Of a stretch of DNA of 64,000 nt, positions 1 through 9,362 are shown in pieces. The DNA is taken from assembly GCA_045633865.1 (NCBI GenBank), contig JAZQZD010000021.1, positions 2,915 through 66,914 on the forward strand, read 5' to 3'. The notes below the pieces were generated by a model. That model did no database searches. It was not told the DNA's origin and saw nothing but the letters and a program-made list of their open reading frames with translations. Every line of letters starts with the position of its first letter. Within the stretch, counting starts at the first letter, position 1. Source of the stretch: Candidatus Enterocola sp. Its GTDB lineage: Bacteria > Bacteroidota > Bacteroidia > Bacteroidales > Paludibacteraceae. Both the position numbers and the translations under genes were made by a program.

Positions 1-1706
1 CTCGCATGGCTTATCGTGGTTCTTCTTCGCTAAACTTTAAAAAGAAATCTTACGCATTCTGCCCAGGTGCAGATATGTGTGGTCTAGACGAAGATAAATC
101 GCCAGACTTTGTTAAGACTAAAAAAATTGACATGTTAAGCCTTATTACAAATAATAAGAAAAAATCTGTTAAAGATAAGGATTGGGTTCTTTACGCTGCT
201 ACTCCAGACCCTTCTATGATGCGTAACATTTTAGCCATGGAAACATTCTCAGCAATGACAGGCAAATGGGGTGTTAAAAATCAATACGTAGAACTTTACG
301 TAGATGGTGTTTACCAAGGTGTTTACGTATTTATGGATAAGATTACCCAGAATATGGGTGAAGACGGCATTCAAAATGATGGTCGTGTTGAAGTTAAATG
401 GGAAGTGGATGGTTCTTCTAAAGGATTCATTGTTAAGTTTGACAAAACTGACTTGGCAGACCGTTACGAAATCCCTAACGGTGACCAAAAAACATTTGAA
501 TCTGCCATGAAAACAGGTAACACCGGCGTGATTTCTTACGGCACCGAAATTGACCAACGTTTTGAAATTGAATACCCAGAAAAAGAAGACGTAATAGACG
601 ATGGTGGTAGCTGGGCAGATGTGTACACATTTGTTAAAGGTAAAATTGATGCCTTTGAAAGTGCACTAAAAGATGGCGACTTCAACACAGTTCGTACAAT
701 TATCGACTACGAATCTTGGGCCGACTTCTTTATCCTTACCGAGTTTGCAAAAAATGGTGATGGTTATCGTGCATCTTGCGTATTTGTTTACGAAGGTGGC
801 TTGCTTAAAGCATACCCACTTTGGGACTACGAGTTAAGCTTTAACAACGAGACTCGCCAAGAACATGGCATTCAAAATACCACAGGTTTGTTAGTAGAAG
901 AAACAACATACAACAAGGTAAGTGGTGAGAATGGTACATTCCCTGCTCCATTCTGGTGGACAGGCAACTATTACAACCAAAAAACATACAAAGGTTTGTT
1001 GGATGACCCTTGCTTTGTTGCTATGGTAAATGCAAGATGGACTAAACATACTACTGATAAAGGAGCTTTGACTAAAACAAAAATGGACTCATTAGTTAGT
1101 GCATACAATACAGCATTAACCACCACCGATGCTACTGGTACTTATAATACACCACAAATGCGTGAGCAACAAAAATGGCCTTATAATGGTACAACCAGAG
1201 GTTTAACCTGTAATAGCAATAATATTGGTTATTATGGCAAAGGAGCTGGTAGTGCAATTTCTAAAGAAGTAGGTTATTATAAACAAAATAATGTAGAAGG
1301 CTCTTTGGACCAACTAAATGCTTGGATTGGCGATAGTGGCAGACGTGTTGGATTAGATGCAGAAATTGATAAACTGGCTGAAGACATAGAATTTGCCATT
1401 ACCGTGGTAGCTGATAAAACAACTACTACACCATGGCGTCCTGTAACCGTTACGGTAAACTCAAACTCTGGTTACGAATACAGCATTACACCAGAGCCTG
1501 CTAAGTTGGAAGAAAATGGTCACATGTACACCCTTTACTTTGCTCGTCCAGAGCGTACAGAGGGTCAAAACTTCACTACTATAGAAGATGCTTACACCTT
1601 TACTGCAACAACAGGACAAGCAGACCAATGTGGAACCACACAAGGCTCAACTACATCTGCAGAGGTTAAGATTGACTTGGCAGACGTAGAAGAAAATTGC
1701 GATTAA
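1..1706 (+). CDS. CotH-domain (atypical protein-kinase fold) giant secreted protein, C-terminal ~567 aa only; the gene continues left of the window (codons in phase from nt 3)
   Basis: The ORF is open to the window edge. It aligns colinearly with the last ~570 aa of the 1768-aa ORF at 15371..20677. Shared blocks are YRGSSSLNF.KKSYAFCPG, DWVLYAA, DPS.MRN, MTGKWGV, RYVEL.VDGVY.GVYVFMDKIT, GFIVKFDKTD, IDQRFEIEYPEK, YRASC.FVY, PLWD.ELSFNN and DPCFV. I recognise these as the CotH family pattern. Confidence 0.75.
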   Translation, partial: RMAYRGSSSLNFKKKSYAFCPGADMCGLDEDKSPDFVKTKKIDMLSLITNNKKKSVKDKDWVLYAATPDPSMMRNILAMETFSAMTGKWGVKNQYVELYVDGVYQGVYVFMDKITQNMGEDGIQNDGRVEVKWEVDGSSKGFIVKFDKTDLADRYEIPNGDQKTFESAMKTGNTGVISYGTEIDQRFEIEYPEKEDVIDDGGSWADVYTFVKGKIDAFESALKDGDFNTVRTIIDYESWADFFILTEFAKNGDGYRASCVFVYEGGLLKAYPLWDYELSFNNETRQEHGIQNTTGLLVEETTYNKVSGENGTFPAPFWWTGNYYNQKTYKGLLDDPCFVAMVNARWTKHTTDKGALTKTKMDSLVSAYNTALTTTDATGTYNTPQMREQQKWPYNGTTRGLTCNSNNIGYYGKGAGSAISKEVGYYKQNNVEGSLDQLNAWIGDSGRRVGLDAEIDKLAEDIEFAITVVADKTTTTPWRPVTVTVNSNSGYEYSITPEPAKLEENGHMYTLYFARPERTEGQNFTTIEDAYTFTATTGQADQCGTTQGSTTSAEVKIDLADVEENCD

Positions 1707-1744
1707 TAATTAGAACCTTAGTAAGAAAATAAAAAATACACGAT

Positions 1745-4700
1745 ATGAAAAGATTTTATAACAATACAATTATGAGTGGGGCTTTCAGCAAAGCCCTACG
1801 AGTGCTTGCCTTACTTTGCGTTCTATTAGGCGTTAGCAGTAGTGCGTGGGCAGGAGCTGGAATATTTTCATGGAACTTTAATTATTATCCAGGAGAAGGA
1901 TCGGATAAATGGTATAATAATTCAGAAGGTCATCAGATTACTAATACAGTAGATTTAGGTAAACTTGAAAAAGATCACTACATTAAGAATATAAGAATGA
2001 ATTTTTGGAAAGATGGTAGTGGAAATGTATGTTCAGGCACAGTTAAATTGAGTGGTTCTGGATTAAATAATACTGTTAATTTGAATGATTGGGGTGATAT
2101 ATCAGGGAATGATCACTTTATAAAGGGAGGTGCTGATATAAAATTACCTAATACGCCAGGTAATCATACAATTACCTTGTCATTCTCTGCAACTGGATCA
2201 ACAACGTCATCAAGTGGATGTAATGAACAATTAACATATACTGCAACAATCACCTACACCATAGCTGGCGGCGGTGGCGGTGGTGGTGACACCCCTAGTA
2301 GTTCGGATTGTGACCAAACTGGTAATTTCTATATTACTGGTGCTATTACTGGTGGATGGGGAGGTTCTTATTGGAATCTAATGCAACCAACAGAAGATGG
2401 CAAAGGATTCTACTATTTCTGGGCACAAGAAAAAGGAGAATTTAAGATTAGTGATCAAACCAATTGGAATGATAATTTTTGGAACGGAGTTAAAGTTTCT
2501 GGTGACTGTACTACCATAACAATTCCAAATGATAATGGTAAGATAGGTAATGGTCAGTTAAATACTGCCAACGTATATATCATATACAACCCTTGTACTG
2601 GTTATATCTGGACAGAAGAAGTAGCATGCTCTCAGGCTCCTGTATATACTGTTCCAGAGGTAGTAACAGTAGGATTTAACGAAAGCATCGATTTGAACAA
2701 AATTTGTTCTTCAACATCTGATGCTACAATCACATTTACTAAGAAATCTGGAACAGTCGCAACTTTAAATGGTACTACATTAACAGCAGGACAAACAGCA
2801 GGTACAGTAGTGATAAAAGCTACACAACCTCTAAAAACTCCATATTGTAGCGGTAGCGTTGAATTTTCTGTGAATATAGTAGAAAAAAGTATCATCCTAC
2901 TAGCAGAAGATGCTGTTAAGGACAGCCGCGACAACTGGACACTTAGTGCATATCTAGAACAAACAGGTTGTGAAGAAGATAAAACTATTAGTGAATATGG
3001 TTTCTTCCTTTGTGGAACAGAAACAAATGGTGGTTGCGTACCAACCTCTTCTAGTAACAACATTGTAGTTAAAAAAGAAGGTACCCTACTAAAAGGTGCT
3101 CACTTTACAGGTGTGGTGAATGCTAGCGATGTAGTTAGCGACTGGTATGGTTATCGTTCTTACGTAAAATTCACTGACGATACCTATCAACTATCTAGCG
3201 AAACACGTTACTTTACTAATTGTAACACAGTTTACGGAGATACCATTTACGTAACTATCGACAATACATTAACAGCAAATAGCAAGTGCGACTTCCGCTT
3301 CAAAAGCTTCGACGACGCTTGGGCTACTTTAAAAACCCACAAAACCATTTGTACTGTAGAAAATGTAACTATTGGCAATAAAACCCAAGAAAAAATTACC
3401 TTGGTTAAACCTGTGGTAATGCAAGTGGTACCAAATCTACAAGAAACTTATAAAGGAACAGAAGCTGTTGGTTTAAGTGGTGGTGATACGAATGATGCAA
3501 AGGCTATCTTCTTCCGCAACATAAACATGAATGGTGGTAAAGAATTGGTAGTACGCTCTATTAGCAAAACAGGTACACGTGCTACTCTAGAGCACATTGC
3601 TATTCGTCGTTCTAAAAACATTACATTAGACTATATCAACATTACAGGTACATCAAAAGAAGTGGCTACTGCTGATAATGCAATAGACATTGACAATGGT
3701 CAAGGTCTTAACAATACTGAAGGATTGGATACACACTGGAACTGTGCTACTCAAGGTGGTATTAGTGATGCTAACATTACCATTAAAAACTGTTTTATCC
3801 AATCATACGGTTTTACTTGCGTTCACGTTTCTGCATATGATGGCGTTACCTTTATAAATAACGAAATTAAAGCGTTGTATGATTTCGTCGCTGCTGATAA
3901 GATTAGTCACAGTAAAGGAACATTGGCAAATAATACTGCTTTATGGGGTGCTTCTGCTAAATTCTTGAATTCACAAAATATTACATTCGTTCGTAATAAC
4001 TTTACAGGTCAACACGCTACTTCAATTCTTTTACAAGGTACACAAAAAGTGTTGATTTACAACAATGTATTCTGGCACGAAAATGCTGTAAAATCTAAAT
4101 CTAATACAGTTGCAATTATTCGTTTAATGTCATTTGATGGTGATGACGAAGATTGTGCTTCTGAACACCCTGTACAAAATATTGGTATCTATTACAATAC
4201 CATGTTCTTAAAGGACAACTCAGTAGGTGCTGATTCTTATAACTATTTTGACTTCTTCCGTATTGGTGGAAATGAACAAACTGGATTTACTGGAAACTAC
4301 TATCCAGGTACCATAGAGTTTGACTATAACAACTGTTATTCTTACGACTACGACGTATATGGTAAGAATAAAAGTAATAATACCACAACAAACTACTTAC
4401 AATCTATGTCTGAAGACACATGGTGTGGTTCATTTAAGTACAACAACTTCTGGAGTGCATACGAAGAAGAAAAAGTTACTCCAAAACCTACACAATCTGC
4501 CTTTACTCTAGGTTCTGGTTGTAATACAAACTCAGGTAAAAACACATTTACCAATGTTAAAAACCTAGTATGTAAAACAGCTGCAGAAGAACCAGGTTCA
4601 TTGGTAATCAAAGGTGAAGGATTGAACATTGGTGCATATATTAAAACAGACGAGTCTGGATTGTTAACCTCTGATATGCAAATGATAGACCGTTTGGGTA

Positions 4701-6484
4701 ATGCTCGTCCATACGACCCAAGCCATACAGAAGGTGCTGGTAAATACACTGTAGGTGCTTATCAACAATCATTAGGAAATGAACTTTCTAAAATTATTTG
4801 GAATGGTAATGTTTCTACAGATTGGGACAACCGTAACAACTGGTACAAACCAAATGGTCAATTGGTAACTTGCGTGGATATTCTAACCGAAGATTTAGAG
4901 GTAGTTATCCCTGCTCCAAATACCACCAAATACCCTGTGCCAGAAGGTGGTGTGCTTCAATATCCTAAGTTGCCAAACATTGTGGAAGAAACAGATTTCT
5001 CTACCACACGTGCAACTACATGGTATGGCGAAGAAGTAACTGCAGGTAAAGGCCAAATTAGTAAACCTACTCAAGTGGCAAATAGCATTACAATGGAATA
5101 TGGTGCTGCACTTATTGGTGTAGAACAATTGACAGCTGGTGAGACCGAACGTTATACACAAGCATCAACTGAATTGATTGTTCCACGTAGTAAATGGATT
5201 TTGGTTGGTCCTATCATTAGACCATTCGACTCAAAAGGCCAAGCACGTGATATGGTTTCTGGTGATTATTTCATCGAAAAACAAGAACCACACGTTTGGA
5301 TGCATGAGGCTACTATGAATGCTACAAACGTAGCTTGGAAGAATCCATTCCCAGATTTGAATGTAACAGTTCCTGCAAACAAAGTATTTGCTATTCAAAT
5401 TGCAGATATGTATGGTACAGGATTTATGCTTCCAGCTGAAGTGTATAACAAAATTAAAGGTACTAATTATGATGGAACTAAACCTATCCAATACACCTTT
5501 ACAGGTCGCTTTACAAACGAAAGTGCATTGCCTACCTATACAGGTTTACAATCAGGTATTCCTGCGTTATTAAACAACAGTTATCCTGCAAATATTAATG
5601 TAGCAACCTTAATATCTAAGAAAGGTGGTACTGTACAAACTTATAATTACACTAATAAGTCATTTGGTGTAGTAACTGAAGGACTAATTATTGCTCAACA
5701 TGGTTTTGTTTACACAAGTAATGCTAATTCACTAGAAATTCCTCTAGAAGCATTCGAAACAAGTAATACAGAACATCGTAGTGGTTTAGAAATCTTGGCT
5801 AAGGCTAGTGTTAAAGTAAGCAATGAAAAAGCTCAAGCAAGTAGTACTGTAAACGTAACTGTTGACTGGTTGAAAGAAGATGTTATCAACTACGATACAG
5901 ATGCTCCAAAAGTATTTAATGCACAAGAAACTAAGTTGCCAGACTTATACATAATGCGCTACAACGAAAAATGGGCAGGTGTAAGAGTTCCAACACACGA
6001 AGAACCTATTCCACTAGGTATAAGAGTTTCTGCGGAAGATCAAATATTTGTATTCTCTTTGGAAAACATGGTTAACATGTCTAGCGTAATACTAGAAGAC
6101 CGCTTCGAAGGTAAGAACTATAACTTATCTGCAGGAGAAACTTGCACAGTAGAAGGTCTAGAAATTGGTGATTGTGAAGGACGCTTCTTCTTGAATCTAG
6201 GTGAACCAAAAGAAGAAGAATCTGATGATACAACTACAGATGTTGAAGATATCTCTTCAGATAAAGGAATATCTATTATCTCAACACAAAGTAGTGTAAT
6301 AGTAAGTTGTTCTTCTGATATAGAACTTCAAACTATATACATCAATGATATGAGTGGTAAAACTGCTGCATTCCGTGTTTCTGGTCAATATGTAGAAATA
6401 GAGCTTCCAGTGGCACAAGGTGTTTACACCGTAAACGTAATAGGTGACACAGCAAGTAAAACAGGAAAGGTGATATTAAAATAA
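1745..6484 (+). CDS. Giant (1579 aa) secreted right-handed beta-helix protein with CBM-like and Ig-like modules and a T9SS C-terminal sorting domain
   Basis: ATG start 38 nt after the upstream stop. Long signal peptide ending SSSAWA. Gly7 linker. F-Y-I-x-G..W..FK..W CBM-like module. Big_2-like segment. Periodic N-I-T/N-N-x-F beta-helix repeats (NITIKNCFIQSYGFTCVHVSAYDGVTFINNEIKA, ITFVRNNFTG, LIYNNVFW). C-terminus ...IYINDMSGKTAAFRVSGQYVEIELPVAQGVYTVNVIGDTASKTGKVILK matches a type-A T9SS CTD. Paralog of 20714..25702. Confidence 0.75.
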   Translation: MKRFYNNTIMSGAFSKALRVLALLCVLLGVSSSAWAGAGIFSWNFNYYPGEGSDKWYNNSEGHQITNTVDLGKLEKDHYIKNIRMNFWKDGSGNVCSGTVKLSGSGLNNTVNLNDWGDISGNDHFIKGGADIKLPNTPGNHTITLSFSATGSTTSSSGCNEQLTYTATITYTIAGGGGGGGDTPSSSDCDQTGNFYITGAITGGWGGSYWNLMQPTEDGKGFYYFWAQEKGEFKISDQTNWNDNFWNGVKVSGDCTTITIPNDNGKIGNGQLNTANVYIIYNPCTGYIWTEEVACSQAPVYTVPEVVTVGFNESIDLNKICSSTSDATITFTKKSGTVATLNGTTLTAGQTAGTVVIKATQPLKTPYCSGSVEFSVNIVEKSIILLAEDAVKDSRDNWTLSAYLEQTGCEEDKTISEYGFFLCGTETNGGCVPTSSSNNIVVKKEGTLLKGAHFTGVVNASDVVSDWYGYRSYVKFTDDTYQLSSETRYFTNCNTVYGDTIYVTIDNTLTANSKCDFRFKSFDDAWATLKTHKTICTVENVTIGNKTQEKITLVKPVVMQVVPNLQETYKGTEAVGLSGGDTNDAKAIFFRNINMNGGKELVVRSISKTGTRATLEHIAIRRSKNITLDYINITGTSKEVATADNAIDIDNGQGLNNTEGLDTHWNCATQGGISDANITIKNCFIQSYGFTCVHVSAYDGVTFINNEIKALYDFVAADKISHSKGTLANNTALWGASAKFLNSQNITFVRNNFTGQHATSILLQGTQKVLIYNNVFWHENAVKSKSNTVAIIRLMSFDGDDEDCASEHPVQNIGIYYNTMFLKDNSVGADSYNYFDFFRIGGNEQTGFTGNYYPGTIEFDYNNCYSYDYDVYGKNKSNNTTTNYLQSMSEDTWCGSFKYNNFWSAYEEEKVTPKPTQSAFTLGSGCNTNSGKNTFTNVKNLVCKTAAEEPGSLVIKGEGLNIGAYIKTDESGLLTSDMQMIDRLGNARPYDPSHTEGAGKYTVGAYQQSLGNELSKIIWNGNVSTDWDNRNNWYKPNGQLVTCVDILTEDLEVVIPAPNTTKYPVPEGGVLQYPKLPNIVEETDFSTTRATTWYGEEVTAGKGQISKPTQVANSITMEYGAALIGVEQLTAGETERYTQASTELIVPRSKWILVGPIIRPFDSKGQARDMVSGDYFIEKQEPHVWMHEATMNATNVAWKNPFPDLNVTVPANKVFAIQIADMYGTGFMLPAEVYNKIKGTNYDGTKPIQYTFTGRFTNESALPTYTGLQSGIPALLNNSYPANINVATLISKKGGTVQTYNYTNKSFGVVTEGLIIAQHGFVYTSNANSLEIPLEAFETSNTEHRSGLEILAKASVKVSNEKAQASSTVNVTVDWLKEDVINYDTDAPKVFNAQETKLPDLYIMRYNEKWAGVRVPTHEEPIPLGIRVSAEDQIFVFSLENMVNMSSVILEDRFEGKNYNLSAGETCTVEGLEIGDCEGRFFLNLGEPKEEESDDTTTDVEDISSDKGISIISTQSSVIVSCSSDIELQTIYINDMSGKTAAFRVSGQYVEIELPVAQGVYTVNVIGDTASKTGKVILK

Positions 6485-6490
6485 ATTAGT

Positions 6491-6518
6491 TAGGAGTGAG
6501 GAGTTAGGAGTGAGGAGT
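6491..6518 (+). repeat. Heptamer array (TAGGAGT/GAGGAGT)x4, starting 7 nt after the stop codon; it also forms the 5' arm of a hairpin with 6523..6534
   Basis: taggagt gaggagt taggagt gaggagt. gttaggagtgag pairs with ctcattcctaac (one G.U pair). Confidence 0.85.
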
Positions 6519-6568
6519 TATTCTCATTCCTAACCACAAAACCTAATAAATATAGAATAATTCAGAAT

Positions 6569-7012
6569 ATGAAAAATAGATATTTTATTTTAAGTGTATT
6601 GTTTTGGGCAATAGCCTCAGTTTTATTTGCAGTAAAACTACCTAGTTCTGCATATATGGGTGGAACTACTTGGGGAGGTGATAGTTATGAAGCTCAAATA
6701 TTTTCTGGTACATCTTTTAAAGGAAGTACATTGCTAACCACATCTAATGTAGATGTAGATACTGAAGTTTGTGAAAAAGCTGCTAATGATAACGGTGATC
6801 CAACTAAGTGCGGTATATGTTGTTATAATGACGTTTATTTAGTTTGTAAAGACAAAGGTGGCACAGACGAAGAATGTGGTGCTTTAAATGTGCAGTGCAA
6901 TCAATATTGTACAGAAGGTAGTTCCCTTCCTCTAGGCACTCCACTACTTCTTCTGCCTTTTGCACTAGTTTATGCTTTTGTAAGAAGAAAACGCAAAGAA
7001 GAAACTCTTTAA
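6569..7012 (+). CDS. Small (147 aa) Cys-rich protein with an N-terminal signal/anchor and a C-terminal LPLGT + hydrophobic helix + RRKRK tail
   Basis: ATG start. The N-terminal 27 aa are near-identical to the paralog at 25846. Eight Cys in the ectodomain (CGICC, CNQYC). It ends SSLPLGTPLLLLPFALVYAFVRRKRKEETL. The same position in both module copies supports a real gene. Confidence 0.6.
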   Translation: MKNRYFILSVLFWAIASVLFAVKLPSSAYMGGTTWGGDSYEAQIFSGTSFKGSTLLTTSNVDVDTEVCEKAANDNGDPTKCGICCYNDVYLVCKDKGGTDEECGALNVQCNQYCTEGSSLPLGTPLLLLPFALVYAFVRRKRKEETL

Positions 7013-7039
7013 ACTATTGAAACTATAATAATAGAGACA

Positions 7040-7073
7040 CAAAGGAACTTCAATTTACATTGGGGTTCCTTTG
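7040..7073 (+). terminator. Hairpin downstream of the small Cys-rich gene (9-bp stem caaaggaac/gttcctttg)
   Basis: Perfect 9-bp inverted repeat read directly from the sequence. The following U-tract is weak. Confidence 0.35.
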
Positions 7074-7107
7074 GTTGCTTAGTTAATGATTTATCAAGTA
7101 TTCTCTG

Positions 7108-7180
7108 CTGCCTCGACCTCACCGTCGGGGCAGTGGTGTTTTTAGCGGGGTGTTCTCTCTTTGTCGGGGCAGTTGTGTGT
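7108..7180 (+). repeat. Degenerate copy of the GGGGCAGTGGTGTGTT long-hairpin element, with the 3' arm motif duplicated in tandem
   Basis: ctgcctcgac...gtcggggcag hairpin followed by tggtgttttt, then a second gtcggggcagttgtgtgtt. It shares GGGGCAGTGGTGT and the downstream TATTGCRGATKGGTTT with the copy at 13604..13701. Confidence 0.5.
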
Positions 7181-7250
7181 TATTGCGGATGGTTTTATTT
7201 TGTTTAAGTAGTAAATTTAAATAATAAACGAAGGTTTTAATAAAAATTAT

Positions 7251-7258
7251 TATCTTTG
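7251..7258 (+). promoter_or_regulatory. Bacteroidota sigma-A -7 box (TATCTTTG) for cysS
   Basis: Exact match to the TAnnTTTG consensus, 28 nt upstream of the cysS ATG. Confidence 0.5.
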
Positions 7259-7285
7259 CAGTTTGAAAAAGTATAATTTATTATC

Positions 7286-8752
7286 ATGGAACACAAACTA
7301 ACCGTTTACAACACATTAACCCGTAAGAAGGAACAATTCGTACCAGTGCACAACAACTTAGTGGGTATGTATGTATGTGGACCTACAGTATATGGCGATG
7401 CTCACCTTGGACATGCTCGCCCTGCCATTACATTTGACCTACTTTTCCGTTACCTGCAAAAACTAGGTTACAAAGTGCGTTATGTGCGTAATATTACAGA
7501 TGTGGGTCACTTGGAACACGACGCAGACGAGGGTGAAGATAAGATTGCTAAAAAGGCTCGCCTTGAACAAAAAGAACCTATGGAAGTGGTGCAATATTTC
7601 TTGAACCGCTATCACAAAAATATGGAAGACCTAAATGTGCTTCCTCCTAGCATTGAGCCTCATGCTTCTGGCCACATTATAGAGCAAATTGAGTTTACAC
7701 AAAAAATTCTTGATGCTGGCTATGCTTATGTGAGCGAGGGAAGTGTGTATTTCGATGTGGAAAAATACAACAAAGACCACAACTATGGTAAGCTTTCTGG
7801 TCGCAATATCGATGAGCTTCTTGAAACTACTCGTGAGCTAGACGGCCAAAGCGAAAAACGTCGTAGTATGGACTTTGCCCTTTGGAAAAAGGCTCAACCT
7901 GAGCACATTATGCGTTGGCCATCTCCTTGGAGTGATGGTTTCCCAGGTTGGCACATGGAGTGTTCTGCTATGGGTTGCAAATACCTAGGCGAGGAGTTTG
8001 ACATCCACGGTGGCGGTATGGACCTAATGTTCCCTCACCATGAGTGTGAGATTGCACAATCTACTGCAGCACTTGGCAAGGAGTCTGTTCACTACTGGAT
8101 GCACAACAATATGATTACCATCAATGGTCAAAAGATGGGTAAATCGCTAGGCAACTTCATTACTCTTGAAGAACTATTTACTGGCAATCACAAGTTGCTT
8201 GCACAAGCTTATAGCCCAATGACTATTCGTTTCTTCATCTTGCAAGCTCACTATCGTAGCACAGTAGATTTTAGCAACGAAGCCCTACAAGCTTCTGAAA
8301 AGGGTTTACAACGCTTAATGGAGGCTTACGAACGTCTTGGCAAGCTTACTGCTTCTGCAGCTAGCACAGTAGATGTGAAAGGCTTAAGAGAAAAATGCGA
8401 TGAGGCTATGAACGACGACTTAAATTCTCCTATCGCTATTTCTTATCTGTTTGATGCTTGCAAGGCTATAAATAGCGTGAGCGATGGCAAGGCTACAATT
8501 TCTGCCGAAGACCTTGAGGAACTTAAATCTGTGTTTAAACTTTATATCGAAGATATCTTTGGTTTGAAAACTGATGCTAAGTCTGACGCTGGCACAGATG
8601 CTTACAAAAAAGCTATCGACCTACTTCTAAATATTCGTTTAGAGGCTAAACGCAACAAAGATTGGGGTACATCAGACAAAATCCGCAACGAACTTACTGC
8701 TCTTGGTTTCTCTATCAAAGATACCAAAGATGGGTTTGAGTGGAATCTATAA
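7286..8752 (+). CDS. cysS: Cysteine--tRNA ligase
   Basis: Class I aaRS motifs HLGHARP (HIGH) and KMGKSLGNF (KMSKS). Full-length similarity to CysS ([20 protein letters not shown]). Confidence 0.97.
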   Translation: MEHKLTVYNTLTRKKEQFVPVHNNLVGMYVCGPTVYGDAHLGHARPAITFDLLFRYLQKLGYKVRYVRNITDVGHLEHDADEGEDKIAKKARLEQKEPMEVVQYFLNRYHKNMEDLNVLPPSIEPHASGHIIEQIEFTQKILDAGYAYVSEGSVYFDVEKYNKDHNYGKLSGRNIDELLETTRELDGQSEKRRSMDFALWKKAQPEHIMRWPSPWSDGFPGWHMECSAMGCKYLGEEFDIHGGGMDLMFPHHECEIAQSTAALGKESVHYWMHNNMITINGQKMGKSLGNFITLEELFTGNHKLLAQAYSPMTIRFFILQAHYRSTVDFSNEALQASEKGLQRLMEAYERLGKLTASAASTVDVKGLREKCDEAMNDDLNSPIAISYLFDACKAINSVSDGKATISAEDLEELKSVFKLYIEDIFGLKTDAKSDAGTDAYKKAIDLLLNIRLEAKRNKDWGTSDKIRNELTALGFSIKDTKDGFEWNL

Positions 8753-8783
8753 TAAATTTTTGAAATAATAAAAACTATATAAT

Positions 8784-9353
8784 ATGGCTAACGAAATTTT
8801 AATTGGAGATAAGATAAAGGCTTTCCGTGAAACTCGTAAATTGACTCGTGAACAACTTGCTGAGAATAGCGGATTGGAACTCTCACTTGTAGTAGAAATT
8901 GAGGAAAACACAAACATACCTTCTCTGTCTCCACTTATCAAGATAGCTCGTGCATTGGGTGTGCGCCTTGGCACTTTCCTTGATGACAACAATCACCTTG
9001 GACCTGAAATTTGCCGTGGTGGCGAGAGCGAAAAAACACTTAGTACTTCAAACACTAAGAGTCGTTCAAATTCTCACCTAAACTTTATGTCGCTTGCAAA
9101 ACGCAAGGCTGGACGCAATATGGAGCCTTTCATTATCAATATTGAGCCTGCTGACACAGAAAATCTACTTCTTTCTTCTCACGAGGGCGAAGAGTTTATC
9201 TATGTGCTAGAGGGCAAGGTGAATATTAAATATGGCATTAATGAATATGTGTTAGAGGCTGGCGATAGCATTTATTATGATTCTATCGTGGAACACTTGG
9301 TTTATGCTACTGAGTCTTCTAAGATTTTAGCTGTTGTTTATGCTCCATTCTAA
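8784..9353 (+). CDS. XRE-family HTH transcriptional regulator with a C-terminal cupin domain
   Basis: N-terminal HTH_3 pattern (IKAFRETRKLTREQLAENSGLELSLVVEIEENTNIPSLSPLIKIARALGV). C-terminal cupin pattern (HEGEEFIYVLEGKV...GDSIYYDS..H). Confidence 0.85.
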   Translation: MANEILIGDKIKAFRETRKLTREQLAENSGLELSLVVEIEENTNIPSLSPLIKIARALGVRLGTFLDDNNHLGPEICRGGESEKTLSTSNTKSRSNSHLNFMSLAKRKAGRNMEPFIINIEPADTENLLLSSHEGEEFIYVLEGKVNIKYGINEYVLEAGDSIYYDSIVEHLVYATESSKILAVVYAPF

Positions 9354-9362
9354 TGTTTTGCT

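Noticed and set aside
2266-2290. A Gly7 run (ggc ggc ggt ggc ggt ggt ggt) as a possible slippage or phase-variation tract.
   Set aside because: The codons are mixed rather than a homopolymer or perfect repeat, and the tract behaves as an interdomain linker. The paralog has a different linker.
2632-3063. Antisense or out-of-frame ORFs nested inside large CDSs. Examples from the track: 249..557, 2632..3063, 4393..4749, 14756..15154, 36147..36731, 41705..42136, 56097..56522.
   Set aside because: Each lies wholly within a longer ORF that has clear family motifs on the other strand or frame. Their translations are low-complexity or Cys/His/Phe-rich with no recognisable motifs. These are typical shadow ORFs.
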